NCBI RefSeq assembly: GCF_964188315.1
Contig: NC_135655.1
Span: 50,592,001-50,656,000, forward strand
Source of the DNA: Podarcis muralis
Taxonomy: Eukaryota
DNA: 64,000 bases
Direction of reading: 5' to 3'
This document shows, piece after piece, positions 60,213-64,000 of this stretch. Made by a program: the position numbers and the translations under genes. Position 1 is the first letter of the stretch; each line of letters begins with the position of its first letter. Below the pieces are notes generated by a model. It saw only the letters and a list, made by a program, of their open reading frames with translations, had not been told where the DNA came from and did not search any database.

Positions 60213-62299
60213 TTATCAATATATTTTGCTTTCTTTGGGCATTCCTTTTTCTACTTGGTTAACCTATTGGTGATCAGGCTTATGCTGTTTATGGGGAGGG
60301 GCAGTTTTAGTTTGCTGGCTTTTTTTTCATTTGTGTTATAAGTTGTTTTTGAGACTCTCTTGTCATGATCAAATGTAAACAAAACAAAACATACAAAAAT
60401 TCAAACATATATGCAAAGTGCTTGTCAATCACATTGCTTCCATTCATTGTCCAGAACACTAGGAGGTATGTATCATATATCTCATTAAGTACAAAGGCTA
60501 AGGGGTTACTTCTTCTAAGAACAATACCTGAACATTCAGAGAAGGGGGCTGAGATAACCTGAACATACAACCCCCCAAAAAATATATATATTGTAGGTGG
60601 TCTAAGGCTTGTACAATGATAAATTGCTAAACACAGTTTCTATGCTGGTTCATATTCCCAGTCTTTTTCATCTTCAACTCAACTGTGCTGTACTAGAATT
60701 GGCTCTGAGTCTTTGCTCATTACCCAGCCTTCCCTAAATAGTTCTAATAGTGAACCATAGAGGTCTTGGTTGGCACCATTAGAAAAGCCTTTCTGGACTG
60801 CTGGGGGCAGGGGGGGGGGACTGAAGCCAGTTCATTCACCTACAGTGGAACTCCCTATCCATTGATATTAAGCAGGTGCCTTCACTGCATTGTTTCTGGC
60901 AACTGTTAAAAAATTCTTTGTTTAGGTAGGTCTACCCAAACTTGTAATTTTGGGTAATTATTTTTGTGTGTGTGTGTGTGTGTGCGTGCATGTGTTTATA
61001 CTTTATATTTGACTTTCTCCAGTAATGTTTTCTTCTGGGTTGTTTTATTTGATGTTTTAATGTGTTGCAAACTGCTTTGAGATTTTTTTCTTAAAAACAT
61101 AAAGTGGTCCAGAAATGAAATGTGGTTTTGTGTGTGTGCATATGAAGGGTAACACTTGGTCCCTGAGATCCCCAGCCCATGTTTTACTGGATTGACTGCT
61201 TCGATGGCAAGCTTTCCACACCGTGGTCTTCCTTGGACAGAGCTGGCCATTGCTATATGTAGCACTTCAGAGACCATCTCTTATCTCAGTAACCTCTGCA
61301 CCTGAGACAGGGCCACATTATCTCCATATTATAGGTTGCATAAAGGCCTGAGGCTAATACACAGCAGTATCCCTCACTCGCTATGTACGCTATGACAGAG
61401 GCGGCACCAGGGACTCCCAGTCTCTGGGCTGCTACCCTACGAAGGCCTCTTGCTAAGAGTGGGTCCACAGAGTCAGTTGGGTCATATTAGATGCCTGCCT
61501 AGTAGTAGTATTAGACGCCAGGCTAATGGATCCCTTTGTTTTATAGATGGCAGCGTGTATCACTTCACTTCCTTAAAAATGAAGTAAACGAACCTTGCTG
61601 CGTCTGGGGCCTTTTTCCGCAGAGTGGGACGTTGAACTTCTGCCCCCAAGCGCTACAGTGAGGGCTCTCTTCACGCCAACAGCCTCAAAACCCAGCCAAG
61701 GAGAGATGAGGAAACATTGAGAGCGACGTTAGCAAACCTCTCCTAGCTGCTCAGCTGCGTGGTTGGGCTCGTTTGCGCGCCCCGCTCCGCGAGGAGCTGT
61801 CCAGTGCTGAATCGCCTGTCGGGCGCTTTAGCCTTTCTGGTCCTGAAAGCACCCGGACGTGGAACTGGCAGGGCGCTTTCTTCCAAAATAACAACGAGCC
61901 TCCCTAAGGCTTCCAGAACAGACACGCTTCGCTCCACCGGAGTTGGCAAATTGCTCTGAGCTCAGGCGAGCCGACGGAGCCACCCCGGCCCTCTGTTTAA
62001 TCAGGGCTTAACCGGCTTTCTCAATTTCCTCTCCAGCTCACGGACGTGAAAGCTTTCCTCCCAACAGCCTTAGAGCACGCCTTTGTCCCCAACTCATCTC
62101 CGTTTAAACAGATGTGAACCGGCGTCCTTTCCAGGTCGCGCTCATTCAAGCTTTCCCTACTGCCAGGGCGGAGCGCCGGGAGGCTTCTCCAGGTCGCCTC
62201 GCTCCGGTGGCTGGCTGGGGAGACCCCTCTGACCCGAGGAGATAGTGGAGATAGTGTGCCGAGTGAGTGGTGAGACGGATGACCTCGTGGGTGTCTCCC

Positions 62300-62520
62300 C
62301 TGGTCTCTCCACTCCCCGCCCCTGTTTTCCAGCGGCGGCCCCAGTTCCCAGGCTGAAGGGGAACAATAAAGAGGAGGAAAAGTAGCGCTCGCAGCGCCCT
62401 AATGATTGGATGAGGCGCCATTACATCATTTTCCCCCTTTCCTGGGCTGCCTCGCTGATTTTCTTGCATTGGGGAGAAAAGTGCGCGCGCGCTAGTTAGT
62501 AGGAGCGGGAAGCACATCTG
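62300..62520 (+). promoter_or_regulatory. Probable TATA-less promoter
   Basis: GC box CCCCGCCCC (62314-62322), inverted CCAAT (ATTGG 62405-62409), ATTACATCA (62420-62428) and a (GC)n run at about 62483. Confidence 0.6.
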
Positions 62521-62659
62521 GGGAAGAGGGAGGACTGGGTGCCCGCACCACACACACGCACACACACACACACACACACGCCCTCCCCCAGAGCGGTGGC
62601 CAGCGGCTTGCCCGCTTCCCTGCCCCAGGTGGTCAGAGAGGAGTTTGGAGAGCGGGAAG

Positions 62660-62722
62660 ATGCTCCGGAGAACGTCCCATGAAGCAGATCCTGGAGGGCG
62701 AGGGCTCCTCCGTCTCCTCTGA
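62660..62722 (+). other. Upstream ORF (20 aa, MLRRTSHEADPGGRGLLRLL)
   Basis: aagATG with A at -3; TGA at 62720-62722; out of frame with the downstream ATGs. Confidence 0.45.
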
Positions 62723-62793
62723 TCCGCGCCTGCCGCCCAAGTGCGGGGAAATGGGTTTTGAGAACGCCACGGACAAGCGGTGGGGCATGGCTG
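62679..62793 (+). CDS. Probable first coding exon of an unidentified gene (partial, phase-1 donor)
   Basis: Strong donor CTG|GTAAGT at 62793/62794 inside the CpG island. In-frame ATGs at 62679 (weak context), 62751 (gaaATGG) and 62787 (ggcATGG). Peptide MKQILEGEGSSVSSDPRLPPKCGEMGFENATDKRWGMA is not recognised. The exon could also be 5' UTR only. Confidence 0.5.
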
Positions 62794-64000
62794 GTAAGTT
62801 TCACTCGCGGAGAGCGGGCTCTTGCCTTGGGATCGGGGCCGCTGGGAATGCCTTTACCCCTTTAGCGTGCGAAAGGGTCCAGTAGGTCACCCTCCGAGCT
62901 GGCTTTTGTGTGATCTCGACCCCCCGCACCCAAACCCCGGGGAGCAAACGAGTTAACCGGATTGAGAGACGGGCATCCGTTTGGGTCGAGCATCCGTTTC
63001 TCTGCTACCTTCTCTGTCCGGTAGGAAGCACTGGGGCGCCATGGGGTCCTCCAGCGACCTCTGCTCCGGAGCAAGGACACTCCGGGTACTACCTAAGGCA
63101 CACTGAGAAGGGGCAAGGTTGGCACGTGGGATCTAAGGAGAAGCAAAAACCAAAAAACACAACCCACCCCCCAGCCTCTGGGAAGGGGAGGGTGACATCC
63201 AGGAGGCGAACATCTGTGGGGAGCGGGAGCACGCGGTTGTGTTCCCTCAAACTTTGCGTTGAGGGACGATCTGGAGGAAATGGAATCACCTTTCTTCATT
63301 GCTCCCCCACAAACTTTCCCGAGGTCCATTTGTCTGCAACGTCTATTGCACGGCTTCTTCTGCTTCATTATTTCTCTCGCTCGTATTCTAAGCGTGGTGA
63401 TTGTAATAACACCCACGAGAAAAGCTGGTGCAGGTTGGATGGATTTACCCCTCTCAAATTGGGAATTGTAGAAAGAGTATTTGGGATTCCTGCCAGCTGC
63501 CCCAACTCTTGCCTTGCCTGTGGACCAAACGTCCCGCAGCACCGCGGTACGTCTGACAGTGGGGTCACTCACAGCGGTGAGCGTAAGGCAGTAGGATGGA
63601 GGGCTGGACACCAAGGGCTGAGTTCGAACCAGGACCTTCCACATGTTTTCACTGTCCAAGCAATGAGTGAGCGGGCGAGAGTTCCTGTGCGAGTGCAGAG
63701 TTCATTTAGTTCACTGCTAGAAAGACACCTCCTTCCCCACCCCCACCCCCAAATATCTGGAGCGATGAGGTGCAGGTTCAAGGTGAGAGGTCTGAGCCGC
63801 TCGGCTGGCTTGAACCAGTTGATAAATATGAATGATAAAGAACAATCCTCTCTCTCCCCAACGGGGACGAGGGGCAGTTATCCTGCCCTTGTTCCACCCA
63901 CTGCCCTCCTGCCTTCACAGTCCTGCGTCCTCCCAAGCTGAACCGAGAGAGAAAAAGCTCTGAGGCGGAGCCCCACCTTCGGGGAGTTGTGGCATCGAAC

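Larger units (their letters stand above)
61600..63300. promoter_or_regulatory. CpG island
   Basis: Sharp rise in GC and CpG density relative to the CpG-depleted flanks; edges judged by eye. Confidence 0.85.

Noticed and set aside
62760-62782. REST/NRSE-like CCACGGACA in the exon
   Set aside because: The left half-site does not match TTCAGCAC and the right half has an insertion.
62910-63941. 343-aa ORF, the longest in the track
   Set aside because: It lies downstream of the donor in GC-rich intron 1. The composition is low-information, there is no recognisable domain, and long ORFs arise by chance in CpG islands.
1-64000. CRISPR arrays, prokaryotic defence systems, rRNA, snRNA, known miRNAs, NUMTs, viral ORFs
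   Set aside because: None seen by eye. The recurring ~135-bp palindromes are irregularly spaced MITEs with TSDs, not repeat-spacer arrays. An Rfam/miRBase search would be needed to fully exclude small RNAs.

Overview
Vertebrate genomic DNA, most likely a squamate and probably a lacertid lizard (inferred from Sauria SINE, Squam3-type SINEs, CR1/L2/L1 fragments and lizard-type hAT and Tc1/mariner MITEs). About 61 kb is repeat-rich non-coding sequence in which I recognise no cellular protein-coding exon. Nearly all ORFs in the supplied track look spurious or are LINE ORF2 remnants. A CpG island at about 61.6-63.3 kb holds a promoter and what looks like the first coding exon of a + strand gene (donor ATGGCTG|GTAAGT at 62793/62794) that I cannot name. 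The strongest non-repeat signals are regulatory: a CpG-rich enhancer-like block at 31.1-32.8 kb with a palindromic POU-dimer site plus SOX, TCF/LEF and forkhead motifs; a 15-bp TCF-forkhead composite shared with a block at 11.0 kb; and a uORF plus an ATF4/C-EBP-type element at the promoter. There is a 180-N assembly gap at 38372-38551. I found no CRISPR array, functional RNA gene or clearly new biological system. Repeat family names come from memory and need Dfam/RepeatMasker confirmation. Boundaries without a stated TSD are approximate.
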